Below are positions 10,635-20,521 of a DNA stretch of 64,000 bases, piece after piece (within the stretch, counting starts at the first letter, position 1; each line of letters opens with the position of its first letter). Position numbers and translations under genes: made by a program. A model generated the notes under the pieces. It was not told the origin of the DNA, ran no database searches, and worked only from the letters and a program-made list of their open reading frames with translations. Origin of the DNA: an uncultured Planctomycetota bacterium (GTDB lineage: Bacteria; Planctomycetota; Planctomycetia; Isosphaerales; Isosphaeraceae); the NCBI GenBank assembly GCA_963737655.1, contig CAVTTN010000002.1, positions 5,504,001 to 5,568,000 of the forward strand, read 5' to 3'.

Positions 10635-11135
10635 GGGGGGCAGTTCCTCGGTTCGGAAGAGGGATCGATCGATCGGGCCCGTCGTCACGGACCTCGCGGG
10701 GGCACGTCGGATTCGGCGGGATGCCCCGAGGGGCCGATTCGGCGGCGGAGGGGTCGGGTCGCCCGACGATCTCGGCTCGGGCTGTCGGGCGTCGTCGTCG
10801 AGGCCGGCTGCGGAAGGGATCGATCGAGGCTCTACCGCCGGGGAGAGGTTCGGCGGCGGCGATGGACTTCGCCGGGCCGAGGAAGTTTAGCCGATCCCTC
10901 ATGAATATTGCGTGAAATTCTCGTGAATCCGGCGTGAACCGCCGAACGACCGGATTCTCCTCCGTATCGTGGGCGGCTCCCCACGGCTCGACCCCTCGCC
11001 GCGAATCCGCCTCGCCGGGGCGATTGTAGTCATGCATCTTGATGATTCGATGAAGACTCGGGGAAGATCGTCGGAGGGTTCTCGGCCGCCTAGAACGATC
11101 GTAGAACACACTCCGGACCTCGAAGGCGCCACCTC

Positions 11136-12518
11136 GTGACCGTTCCCGACGACCTGCTCGCGCCCCGGCCCGGGGTCCGCATCCTCCGAGGCGGCCCGCC
11201 CGACCCGTCCGGCCGGTGCGTCCTCTACTGGATGCAACGGGCCCAGAGGGGCCGGGATAACCCCGCTTTGAACCTGGCCATCGAACTCGGAAATGCCCGG
11301 AAATTGCCGGTGGTCGCGGTCTTTGGCCTGTTCGCGGGGTATCCCGCCGCGCAGAGGAGGCACTTCCGGTTCCTGGTCGAGGGGTTGCCCGAGACGAGGG
11401 ATGCTTTGATGGCCCGGGGGGTCCCCCTGGTCGTCCGGCTCGGCCCTCCGCCGGAGGTCGTCCGGGAGATCGTGGAGGAGGTCCGTCCGGCGGTCGTCGT
11501 GGGGGATGAAAATCCGTTACGAGTGCCGAGACTGTGGAGGGACGAGCTGGCCCGGGGCCTGGATGTGCCATTCGCGTGCGTGGATGCGGACGTGGTCGTC
11601 CCCTCCGACCTGTTCCCGAAGGAGGAATATGCGGCGAGGACCTTGAGGCCCAAGCTCCTCCGGGTCCGGGACGACTACGTGAAGCCGATCCCCAACCCCC
11701 GGAGCCGGACGCCCTGGCCCTCGGGCACCGAGCCGATGGGGGAGGCGGTCGAGGTCGATCCGTTGATGGCGAAATTGAAGGTGGGCGGGGTGGGCGAGGT
11801 CTCCGGCTATCGAGGGGGGACCGCCGAGGCGATGAGACGGCTCCGCCGGTTCCTCAAGGACCGGCTGCCGAGGTACTCGACCGAGAGGAACGAGCCCACG
11901 CCGTACCAGACGAGCGAACTCTCGGCCCACCTCCACTTCGGCCACATCTCTCCCACGACGATCGCCCTGGCCGTCCGGGACAGCGGCGAGGCGCCCGAGG
12001 ACATCGACGTCTATCTCGAAGAACTGATCGTCCGCCGCGAGCTCGCCGTGAACTTCGCGGCGAGGAACCCGGACTACGACCGCCTGGAAGGCTGCCCGGC
12101 CTGGGCCCTGCAAACCCTGGCCAAACACCGAGGCGACCCCAGGCCGGGCGTCACCCCGGCCGACCGCCTCGATCGCGGGGAATCGGCCGACCCTTTGTGG
12201 AATGCGGCCCAGAACGAGATGGTCCTGACCGGCCGGATGCACAATTACTTGCGGATGTACTGGGCCAAGAGGCTCCTGGAGCTCACGCCCGACGCCGAAA
12301 CGGCCTTCGCCCTGGCCGTCGAGTGGAATGACCGGTACGAGATGGACGGCCGGGACCCCAACGGCTACGCCGGGATCGCCTGGGCGATCGGGGGCCGGCA
12401 CGACCGCCCCTGGCCCGAACGGCCGGTGTTCGGGACGGTCCGTTCGATGTCGGAGCGAAGCACGCCGAAAAAGTTCGACTCGGCGGCGTATATCGCCAGG
12501 GTTCGCAACCTGATGTAG
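11136..12518 (+). CDS. phrB: Deoxyribodipyrimidine photolyase, class II
   Basis: VLYWMQRAQR, LSAHLHFGHIS, EELIVRRELA, MHNYLRMYWAK, DGRDPNGY and ERPVFGTVR. Confidence 0.9.
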   Translation: MTVPDDLLAPRPGVRILRGGPPDPSGRCVLYWMQRAQRGRDNPALNLAIELGNARKLPVVAVFGLFAGYPAAQRRHFRFLVEGLPETRDALMARGVPLVVRLGPPPEVVREIVEEVRPAVVVGDENPLRVPRLWRDELARGLDVPFACVDADVVVPSDLFPKEEYAARTLRPKLLRVRDDYVKPIPNPRSRTPWPSGTEPMGEAVEVDPLMAKLKVGGVGEVSGYRGGTAEAMRRLRRFLKDRLPRYSTERNEPTPYQTSELSAHLHFGHISPTTIALAVRDSGEAPEDIDVYLEELIVRRELAVNFAARNPDYDRLEGCPAWALQTLAKHRGDPRPGVTPADRLDRGESADPLWNAAQNEMVLTGRMHNYLRMYWAKRLLELTPDAETAFALAVEWNDRYEMDGRDPNGYAGIAWAIGGRHDRPWPERPVFGTVRSMSERSTPKKFDSAAYIARVRNLM

Positions 12519-12683
12519 GGTGCATGCAATGCACCAACCTTGCAGCGGCCCTCGGCCGCCCTCCGTTTCCCCTCTCCCTTCCCATCCGAGGGTCCGAGGG
12601 GAGAACAAGGAGGGCGGCCAATGGCCGCCGCATAATTGGTGCATTGCATGCACCCTACATCAGGTGCATTGCATGCACCCTAC
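12515..12683. repeat. GTAG-type REP cluster (family A, three units) between convergent genes
   Basis: gtagggtgcatgcaatgcacc at 12515-12535 (+); reverse complement at 12638-12658 and 12663-12683; related partial unit near 8930-8948. Confidence 0.85.
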
Positions 12684-13288
12684 GAGACTCCGTGTTCCTT
12701 CAGCCGTTCTCGGAGGTCGTCCAGGCCCTGGAAGAGGATGGCGTGGAGGCCCAGGGCGTGGGCGGGCTCGACGTTCAGGGGCCGGTCGTCGATGAAGATC
12801 GCCCGTTCCCGGCGGCATCCGGCGATCCCCAGGGCGTTCAGGTAGATGTCCTCGTCGGGCTTCACCTGTCCGAGGTAGCAGGAGGTGAAGAACGCCCGGA
12901 AGGTGGAGGCGAGGTCGAACTTGACGACCCGGGCCTCGTGGAGCTCCCGGGACTCGTTGTTCAGGGTGAACAGGCGGTACTTGTCCGACTTCGCCAGGGA
13001 GCGGACCCACTCCAGGGTGTCGCCCAGGAGTTCGGACTGGGCCTTCATGAACTCCTGGAACGCCTCGGGGGGGAACGGCCGTTCGCGATGGAAGACGGCC
13101 TTCTTGACGTAGGAGTGCAGGCTCAGGCGGCCGGTTTCGAAGGCCGTCTTGAGCATCTCGTGGCGGGTCTGGAACTCGGGGAAGTCCAGGCCGAACTCGG
13201 CGGCGGCCTTCTTCCGGGAGGCGGTGTCCCAGCCGTTGGTCAGGAGGACCCCGCCCACGTCGAAGAACAGGGTCGGCGAGTCGGTCAT
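12680..13288 (-). CDS. HAD-family phosphatase
   Basis: FFDVGGVL, VKPD and FIDD motifs. Confidence 0.9.
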   Translation of the reverse strand: MTDSPTLFFDVGGVLLTNGWDTASRKKAAAEFGLDFPEFQTRHEMLKTAFETGRLSLHSYVKKAVFHRERPFPPEAFQEFMKAQSELLGDTLEWVRSLAKSDKYRLFTLNNESRELHEARVVKFDLASTFRAFFTSCYLGQVKPDEDIYLNALGIAGCRRERAIFIDDRPLNVEPAHALGLHAILFQGLDDLRERLKEHGVS

Positions 13289-14115
13289 CAGGGGTCCTCC
13301 GGCTCCGGGTCGTCGGGATTGAGGTAGGCCTCGGCTTCGAGGCCCTTGAGGTAGTCCAGGGCCTCGTCGATCGAGGGGACCGGGACGCCCGTCTCCCGGC
13401 CCGCCTCGTCGAGGTCCCTCAAGAGCACAAGATCCTCGAACGACTCGGACTCTTCAAGCGCCTTCTTCAACTTGGGAGGGATCGGCCGGTCGGGGCGGGC
13501 GAGCAGGTCCATGTGGTGCTCGACCAGCCACTGGGTCCGGGGGGTCAGGGTCCCCCGGAGCGCCTCGACCCCGGAGGCCACGTGGTCGTGGGGGTCGATC
13601 GCCTTGCCGACGTCGTGCAACAGGGCGGCCAGGAGGAATTCCTCGTCGTAGGGCCGCTCTCGGCGGGCCCGTTCGAAGACCTGGAGGCTGTGGTAGAGGG
13701 CGTCCCCCTCGGGATGCCACTTCGGGTTCTGCTTGACGGCGGCCAGGGGCTGGAGCCGCATCTTGTAGATGGCGAAGCGGTCGAGGTGGTCGGCCATCCG
13801 TCGCGGCTCCGGGGGATCGTCGGCGTCGGTGGGGCCCAGGTCCAGGGGGCGGCGCTCCTGGGCGAGTTCGCGGGCCTGGGCGAGGACCTCGTCATCGGAG
13901 GGGAGGTCGCCGGGCCGGACCGGGTGGCCCAGGACGGCGGCGGCCTTTCTCTTGGCGGTGTAAAACTCGGCCTCGGTCGGCCGGAGGGCCTCGAGGTCGC
14001 CGCCCTCGGGCAGGTCGGCGAGCAAGCGGCGGGCCGCCTCCCGGGCGATCTGCCGGCGGACCCGGTCATCGGCCCGGGGGGCCTGGAACCGCTTGCGGAA
14101 CTTGTCGGGCTTCAT
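13288..14115 (-). CDS. HD-domain protein
   Basis: HPEGDALYHSLQV...LAALLHDVGK...EHHM. Confidence 0.85.
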   Translation of the reverse strand: MKPDKFRKRFQAPRADDRVRRQIAREAARRLLADLPEGGDLEALRPTEAEFYTAKRKAAAVLGHPVRPGDLPSDDEVLAQARELAQERRPLDLGPTDADDPPEPRRMADHLDRFAIYKMRLQPLAAVKQNPKWHPEGDALYHSLQVFERARRERPYDEEFLLAALLHDVGKAIDPHDHVASGVEALRGTLTPRTQWLVEHHMDLLARPDRPIPPKLKKALEESESFEDLVLLRDLDEAGRETGVPVPSIDEALDYLKGLEAEAYLNPDDPEPEDP

Positions 14116-15299
14116 CGGGGGGTGGCCCCGACGGCCGAAGCTTGGGCGTCTCGGAGCATCAGCGCGACGGTCCTTTCGACGGCGAACCGGGCGTCGTAGA
14201 GGGCCAGCGCGGCCTCGCCCAGGGCCAGCCGGGCGGCGGGGTCATCCAGAAGGGCGTCGGCCCTCCGGAGGAAGGCCGGGGCGTCCTCGGCCGGCACCAG
14301 GGCCACGGCGCCGGCCTCGGCCCAGATCGGCTCGGTCAGGGCCCCGCTCGTCGTCAGCATCGGCCGGCCGTGGGCCAGGCCCGCCATCGCGCTGCCCCGT
14401 CGCGAGCTGATGCCGTCGGGGAACGGCTGGATCATCAGGTCGCACGCCTGGAGATGGAAGGACGCCTGGGTCGGTTCGAGCCAGCCGGTGGCCTTGACCC
14501 GGGGGGCCAGGTCCGGGGCCCGGCGGAGGACCTCCTCCGCCACGGACACCCCGCCCTGGCCGACGAGCAAGGCCGAGCGATCGGGCCGACCGGCCAGGAG
14601 GCCCATCAGGGCCTCGATCAGCCTCCGGCGGAGCCATGCCGGGCCGAGCGACCCGAAGCCCCCGAGGACCGTCCCGCCCTCGACGCCCACGCTCCGCCGG
14701 ATCGCCTCGACGGCCGCGGGCGACTCGACGACCGGCACGTTGCTGGGCACCGGCGCCCAGGAGATCGGCCGCCTCGGCCCCGTCTCCAGGCGCCGGAGCT
14801 TCCGCTTCCACGCCGGGATCGACACGTACGCCCGGGAGGCCGAGGCCAGGACGTTCCGGGCCATCCTCGTCTGGACGGCCGTCACCAGCCACCGCGTCGG
14901 CTTGTCGATCAGGGTCCACGGATAGGCGACTTCATGGAACATCGGCTGGATGCTGTCGCCGAGTTTCCTCCGACCGACCAGCCACCGGGAGAAACCCAGG
15001 TTCATCCCCTTGAACCCGAATTCGTTGGACACATACTGGACCGAGATCCGCCTCGGACCGGGGAACGCATCCAGCAACGCCGAGAGGCGGACAAGATCCG
15101 AGCGGCCCCAGCCTCCCGCCTCGCGATGGATCACCTCGCCGTCGGGGCCCCGGGAGGCCCCCTCGCGACCGCCCGTCCACACGTGGACTTCCTGGCCCGA
15201 GCGGGCCAGGGCCCCGGCCAAAAGCTGGCTGTAATCCGCCACGCCCCCATCCTCGGGCGGATAACGGCCGACGACGACATGCCACACGAGGAGAGACAT
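14112..15299 (-). CDS. Glycosyltransferase (GT4-like)
   Basis: GGVADYS at the N-terminus; C-terminal DGISSRRGSAMAGLAHGRPML. Confidence 0.8.
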   Translation of the reverse strand: MSLLVWHVVVGRYPPEDGGVADYSQLLAGALARSGQEVHVWTGGREGASRGPDGEVIHREAGGWGRSDLVRLSALLDAFPGPRRISVQYVSNEFGFKGMNLGFSRWLVGRRKLGDSIQPMFHEVAYPWTLIDKPTRWLVTAVQTRMARNVLASASRAYVSIPAWKRKLRRLETGPRRPISWAPVPSNVPVVESPAAVEAIRRSVGVEGGTVLGGFGSLGPAWLRRRLIEALMGLLAGRPDRSALLVGQGGVSVAEEVLRRAPDLAPRVKATGWLEPTQASFHLQACDLMIQPFPDGISSRRGSAMAGLAHGRPMLTTSGALTEPIWAEAGAVALVPAEDAPAFLRRADALLDDPAARLALGEAALALYDARFAVERTVALMLRDAQASAVGATPR

Positions 15300-15697
15300 C
15301 GCGAGGTTCGGGTCCGAAGGTAAGAGAGGCGAGAAGTCCGGGGAACCCGGACGGCTTTATCCTAAGAACGTCTCTCGGCGCCGGCAAGGCGCGGGGCACC
15401 CCGTCCGGGCCGTTTCCTCCTCGGAGGACGATTCTCCGGAAGAGTTCTGCGTGGCACGGGTTCCGTCTTCGGAACCCCGGGGAAAGGGCCGGCCCCGCCG
15501 CCCCCCCAGGACCAATCGGTCCTCGGTTCGGGACGGGCCACCTCGCTCGCCTGCGGATTCTCTAGAAACATGACCACGACCACCATCAAGGGAAACGGAA
15601 CGCCCAGGGGTTTTGTGACGGCCTTCCCGCCCCGTGAGGTCCATCCGAGACGCCGCGAACCGACGAGGACCCAACCCCCGGGCCTCTCCCAGTCCAC

Positions 15698-16303
15698 TCA
15701 ACCCCCGCAAAGGAACTCGGTGATCGACATCACGGCCCCCGAGGCCACGAACTCGCCGAATTGGTCCGCCTCGGCCTCCCGGTCGATCGCCCGGACGGCG
15801 TCGGCGACCACGACCACCTTCTGGCCCCGATGCAACAGCCCCATCACGGCGCACCGGACGCAATAATCGGTCGCCACGCCATAGACGACGAACGTCGGGC
15901 GGTCCCGGCCATAGCGAGCGACGACCCGGTCGGCGTCGGGCCGGGAGAACAGGTCGTACCGGGTCTTCTCCAGGGTCAGATGGGCGGGCAGGCTCGGCCC
16001 CGGGTCCTCGAACGGCCGGTCGGGGCCGAGGACCATCCCGCCGGGCCAGGCCGTCTCCGCGACCCTCTCCTGACCCGGAGTCCCCACCAGGCAATGCGGG
16101 GGGAACGGCTCGGGGTCCGCCTCGTCGAGCGAATGGGCGCAGGCCGAGGCCAGGATCGGGATGCCCCTGGTCCGGGCGAACCGCGTCAGACGCCCCAGAT
16201 TCCCCAGGATGCCGTCGGAGCCCGGGACGAACAAGGCCCCGGACGGCTCCAGGAAGTCGCGCTGGGTGTCGATGTCCACGAACACGAGTGGGCCGTCGAG
16301 CAT
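15698..16303 (-). CDS. Isochorismatase-family cysteine hydrolase (nicotinamidase-like)
   Basis: DIDTQRDF, FPPHC, LEK and GVATDYCV (Asp-Lys-Cys triad). Confidence 0.85.
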   Translation of the reverse strand: MLDGPLVFVDIDTQRDFLEPSGALFVPGSDGILGNLGRLTRFARTRGIPILASACAHSLDEADPEPFPPHCLVGTPGQERVAETAWPGGMVLGPDRPFEDPGPSLPAHLTLEKTRYDLFSRPDADRVVARYGRDRPTFVVYGVATDYCVRCAVMGLLHRGQKVVVVADAVRAIDREAEADQFGEFVASGAVMSITEFLCGG

Positions 16304-17197
16304 GAAAAGACCCCGGGACGGTCGGTTTCGGAGCAGCGGGGCGAGGCCCCCTCCCCCGGCCCCATGATGCCGGGAGAGGGCCCGCGGCGGCAAGGCCGCC
16401 CTCGGACCGGGAGGGACGACCGGGTCTCGCCCTCGATTCCGGGAGGCCGGAATGGCCGGGCCCGGGATCGGGGCCGTCCCACGACGCGGGACCCTGTTCC
16501 CGGATCATCGCGAGCGAGGCCCCCCCACGATCACCCAATCCGTCGGCCGCGACGTCTTCATGGCCAACTTCATGAAATGAACGCACCACATCTTGTAATT
16601 TTGTGGATGAATCGCGACCGTGCGCCATGTCGCGCCCGGCGCGTGAATCGGCCCGATCACGCCGCGGGACGGCTCGCCGCATCTGTCGATGAAACCGGGG
16701 TTTGCGATTTTTGACAATAAAAATTTTGTCATGATGACCCGTCTCCGCGCACGAGTGACTGCGCACACGAATTCCCTGCAATTTCCGCCGTTTTCGCGAT
16801 TTTGCGGCGAAATGTGTAGTCAACTTCCTGCCGGGTGTCCCTCGCAGCGCCCTGATTGATCCAAGATCTGATTGTAAAACCACATTTTATCGAAATAGGT
16901 CCTGTCGAAGACCTCGGGGCCTCGCGAATCGAAGACCCCGGCGGGGTGAACGGCGGAGGAAGTCGGCCTGACCTCGGCGGGGAACTATTTATGATTTTGC
17001 GTTCATAAATCCTGGCAGAATCCGGACCGACGCCCTTCCCCACATTCTAGGAGATAGGTTGTGTGGAAACGACGCGTCCTCCCGGATTTCACATTCAGCC
17101 TATATTGCTCATTTACCCCATAATTCCGAGACCGCCGGCCGGGCGGGGCCAATCGTGGAATCGCGAGGGCCGACCGCCAAACTCGCTCCAGATGGAC

Positions 17198-17225
17198 TTG
17201 ACGGCCCCGCGGGGATCGTTAGGAT
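17198..17225 (+). promoter_or_regulatory. Putative sigma-70 promoter of rplM-rpsI
   Basis: TTGACG (17198-17203), 16-nt spacer, TAGGAT (17220-17225); about 90 nt upstream of the rplM start. Confidence 0.5.
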
Positions 17226-17312
17226 AGGCGTTTCGACCCGAGCGGCGGCGACCCTGATTCGTTGCGCGCACGGAGGCAGGATTCCTTCCGTCCGTTAGGT
17301 GGTCCCACGGCG

Positions 17313-18053
17313 ATGAACTGTTTCCAGGCGAAGGCGGGGCAAATCGCCCCCCAGTGGTTCGTGATCGACGCGTCCGATCAAGTCGTGGGACGGCTCGCCG
17401 CCCAGATCGCGCCGATCTTGATGGGCAAGCACCGCCCGACGTACACCCCGCACATCGACACCGGCGACTTCGTGATCGTCACGAACGTTGATAAGGTCGT
17501 CTTCACGGGGAACAAGTGGCGGCAGAAGTCGTACCAGCGCTACAGCGGCCACCCCGGCGGCCAGAAGGAAGAGGCCGCGTGGAAGCTGTTCCAGCGCCGG
17601 CCGGCGCGGATCCTGGAGCTGGCCATCCTGCGGATGATGCCGAAGAACAAGATCGGCCGCCACATGATGGCGAAGCTGAAGCTGTACGTGGGCAACCAGC
17701 ACCCGCACCAGGCGCAGGCCCCCACGCCGCTTGAAGCCATGTCGGGCCGCCCGGCCGCCTCGGGCCTGATCCTCGCCCCGCCGAGGGTCGTCAACCCGCC
17801 GAAGCGGAAGGAAAAGGCCAAGGCGAAGCCCGCCGAGGCCCCCGAGACGACCGCGCCGGCCCCGACCGAGGCCGAGCACCAGCTCCCCGCCCCCGGCCCG
17901 GCCGACGAGCCGCAGCTGCCGGCGCCCGAGGCGTCGGCCCCGGCGGCCGAAGCCGCCCCGGCCGGCGAATCGGCCCCGGCCGCCCCGCCCGAGCCGGCCC
18001 CGGCCGAGCCCGAGGCCCCGGCCTCCGAGACACCTCCGCCCACCTCGGCCTGA
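17313..18053 (+). CDS. rplM: 50S ribosomal protein L13 with a long Pro/Ala/Glu-rich C-terminal extension
   Basis: WFVIDA...GRLAA...GKHRPTYTPHIDTGDFVIV...MMPKN...HPHQAQ; immediately followed by rpsI. Confidence 0.97.
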   Translation: MNCFQAKAGQIAPQWFVIDASDQVVGRLAAQIAPILMGKHRPTYTPHIDTGDFVIVTNVDKVVFTGNKWRQKSYQRYSGHPGGQKEEAAWKLFQRRPARILELAILRMMPKNKIGRHMMAKLKLYVGNQHPHQAQAPTPLEAMSGRPAASGLILAPPRVVNPPKRKEKAKAKPAEAPETTAPAPTEAEHQLPAPGPADEPQLPAPEASAPAAEAAPAGESAPAAPPEPAPAEPEAPASETPPPTSA

Positions 18054-18107
18054 ACCCCGACCCGGACGCCCCGAACGCCTTCATTTCCCGAGGATTGAGA
18101 CACCGCC

Positions 18108-18509
18108 ATGGCCACGGCCGAGAAGACGTACATCTGGGGCACCGGCCGCCGCAAGACGGCCGTCGCCCGAGTCCGCATCCGGGAGGGGACCGGCCAGTTC
18201 CTGGTCAACCACCTCGAAGCCGACGCCTACTTCCTCGTCGAGACCGAGCGCAACGCCATCCGAGGCCCCTTGCTCGCCACCGAGATGGCCGGCCGGGTGG
18301 ACGTGTGGGTCAACGTCGTCGGCAGCGGCAAGAGCAGCCAGTCCGGGGCCGTCCTGATGGGCCTCGCCCGGGCCCTGAAGGAATTCCGACCCGACCTGGA
18401 GCCGGCCCTCCGCCAGGGCGAGTTCCTCACCCGAGACCCGAGGATGGTCGAGCGGAAGAAGTACGGCCACAAGAAGGCCCGCCGCAGCTTCCAGTTCAGC
18501 AAGCGCTGA
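18108..18509 (+). CDS. rpsI: 30S ribosomal protein S9
   Basis: GTGRRKTAVARV and LTRDPRMVERKKYG...QFSKR. Confidence 0.98.
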   Translation: MATAEKTYIWGTGRRKTAVARVRIREGTGQFLVNHLEADAYFLVETERNAIRGPLLATEMAGRVDVWVNVVGSGKSSQSGAVLMGLARALKEFRPDLEPALRQGEFLTRDPRMVERKKYGHKKARRSFQFSKR

Positions 18510-18543
18510 GCCAGCCCGGACCATCGGGCGGACGACCTCCCAC

Positions 18544-18590
18544 AACCACGGCCGGGACGCGCCTCCGAGCGCGATCCCGCCGTGGTTTTT
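18544..18590 (+). terminator. Probable intrinsic terminator after rpsI
   Basis: Imperfect stem aaccacggccggga.../...tcccgccgtggtt ending in a T-run. Confidence 0.55.
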
Positions 18591-18666
18591 CGTTGGCGGT
18601 CGCCGCGATTTCCGGGGAGAATCTCCGAGAAGGACGCCGGGCTCGAATCGTTCGGGGAGAGCGGCC

Positions 18667-19254
18667 ATGAACACCGAGGACCCGGCCGCCAGCGACCTGG
18701 GCGCGCTCGTCGACGCGGAGCTCGAACCGGGCGAGCGGGTCATCTGGTCCGGCCAGCCGATCCCGTCCCGCTACGCGCGGATGACCCTGCCGATCGTCCT
18801 GTTCGGCATCCCGTGGACGGCCTTCGCGCTGTTCTGGATGGCCGGGGCCAGCGGCTTCAAGGTCCCCGACTTCTCCAAGGGTTTCGACGTCTTCCCCCTC
18901 TTCGGCATCCCCTTCGTCCTGATCGGCTTCGGCCTGCTCTCCTCGCCGTTCTGGACGGGTCGCAAGGCCCGACGCACCGCCTACGTCCTCACCGACCGCC
19001 GGGCCTTCACGCTCGACGGCCACGCCTGGCGAGGGTTCACCGTCCGCTCGTTCGCCCCCGGGCGCCTGACCGACCTCAAGAGGACCCAGTACCCCGACGG
19101 CTCGGGCAACCTGATCTTCGCCCGGCAATATCGGGCCGATAGCGACGGGGCCCAGCACTCCACGGAAGTGGGCTTCTTCGCGATCCACGACGTCAAACAC
19201 GTCGAATCCTTGATCCGAGACCTCGTGAATCGGTCCAGGATTTCGGACGACTAG
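18667..19254 (+). CDS. Hypothetical membrane protein (two TM segments plus a small C-terminal soluble domain)
   Basis: ELEPGERVIWSGQP, two hydrophobic segments and YVLTDRRA; GGAGAG RBS. Confidence 0.7.
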   Translation: MNTEDPAASDLGALVDAELEPGERVIWSGQPIPSRYARMTLPIVLFGIPWTAFALFWMAGASGFKVPDFSKGFDVFPLFGIPFVLIGFGLLSSPFWTGRKARRTAYVLTDRRAFTLDGHAWRGFTVRSFAPGRLTDLKRTQYPDGSGNLIFARQYRADSDGAQHSTEVGFFAIHDVKHVESLIRDLVNRSRISDD

Positions 19255-19340
19255 CCCGGCCAGGCCACAGGACCCAACCGGCCGAATCCCGCCCCTCGGT
19301 TTTCCGCGGACATTCGGCGCTCGCGCGCGAGGATCGGGGC

Positions 19341-19763
19341 ATGGGCATTCCGATGGACTCGAAACCCGGGAGGACGAGGCCGACGGAGGCCCGGCGGATG
19401 GCCGTCGGCCTGGCCGTGTTCTCCGGGTTGTTTCTGACGACCTCCGCACTGGTTCGAGGCGATCGACCGCCCTCGGCCGTGATCAAGGGAAGCCTGGTGG
19501 GCGTCCTCAGCGTCGCGAGCTGGTCCCTCTATCGTCGCCTGAGTCGTCAGGACGACGGCCTTGTGTTCGCCATGGGGATCGCCTTCGGCGCGGCGGGGTC
19601 GTCGCGGCCCGATTTCCCCCTCGCGGCGATCCTCCTGATCGGGCTCGTGGTCCAGTTGCCCCTGGCCATCGTCTGCGGGCTCTGGACGAGGGCCCGCTCG
19701 CCAATTCCATCCACGGAACCATCCGATTCGCCGCTGTATGACTCCGAGACCGACGGCCCATGA
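19341..19763 (+). CDS. Hypothetical membrane protein
   Basis: 140 aa with about four hydrophobic segments; no family recognised. Confidence 0.45.
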   Translation: MGIPMDSKPGRTRPTEARRMAVGLAVFSGLFLTTSALVRGDRPPSAVIKGSLVGVLSVASWSLYRRLSRQDDGLVFAMGIAFGAAGSSRPDFPLAAILLIGLVVQLPLAIVCGLWTRARSPIPSTEPSDSPLYDSETDGP

Positions 19764-19827
19764 AGCGAAGAGGGGTCGGCGGCCACTCGCGCGGCCGCCG
19801 ATCCGAACATCCACTTGTAATCATGAA

Positions 19828-20349
19828 TCAGAACCCGACGCCCACCTTCTCCATCGCCGGCTTGAGGGCCTCCTGGACCTCGCCGACGGACTCCTTGGCG
19901 GCGTCGGCGACCTGGTCGAGGGTCATCCCCATCGCCTGGGAGCCGAGCTTGAGGGCGAGGTAGTCCTCGGCGATCCCGAGGAGGGCGTCGGGGATGCCCA
20001 GGCCCTTGCTGCCGACGATCCGGACCATCGGCGCGACCGAGGCCACGCCCGCCGCCACGATGGCGCCGAGGGCCGCCCCGGTGTTGCCGTCCTCGCCGTC
20101 CTCGATCATGCTCTCGCGGGCCACCCACGCGCCGGCCAGGGTGTGGGGGATCAAAAGCATGGGCCGGAACCGGGCGGGGAAGACGCCGACCTTGTCCAGG
20201 ACCATCTCCCCCAGGGCCCCGAGGACCCAGTTCCGGGCCGTCGGGCTGTTCTGGCGAGTCTTCAGGAACGCCGGCCCCAGGGCGATCTTGAGCCCGCTGA
20301 GGGCCGCCAGGGTCATCGCTTTTTCGAACGCCTTGGTCTTCTCGGGCAT
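19828..20349 (-). CDS. DUF4126-like membrane protein
   Basis: ALGEMVLDKV...PARF and ALLGIAEDYLAL patterns; AGGAG RBS. Confidence 0.6.
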   Translation of the reverse strand: MPEKTKAFEKAMTLAALSGLKIALGPAFLKTRQNSPTARNWVLGALGEMVLDKVGVFPARFRPMLLIPHTLAGAWVARESMIEDGEDGNTGAALGAIVAAGVASVAPMVRIVGSKGLGIPDALLGIAEDYLALKLGSQAMGMTLDQVADAAKESVGEVQEALKPAMEKVGVGF

Positions 20350-20521
20350 GGCTGAACTCCTCCCCGGCCCGGGACGCGCCGGGCCGCTCGATCGCCGGCC
20401 GCGCCCTCGGCGCGGCCCCCGGAATCCCCCATGCAACCCCAGGGCCGATCGCGAGACGGCGTTGAGTTCCCGAAGCTTTCCGATGCCGGTGGGGCGATGG
20501 CGGCATTGTAAGCCCGATGCC

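Noticed and set aside
12515..12683. Possible mini CRISPR array
   Set aside because: Units are in opposite orientations with irregular spacing (4 nt and ~100 nt) and there are no cas genes; it fits REP elements.
15570..15866. Small + strand ORF MTTTTIKGNG...
   Set aside because: Overlaps the nicotinamidase-like gene in antisense, with no RBS or motif support.
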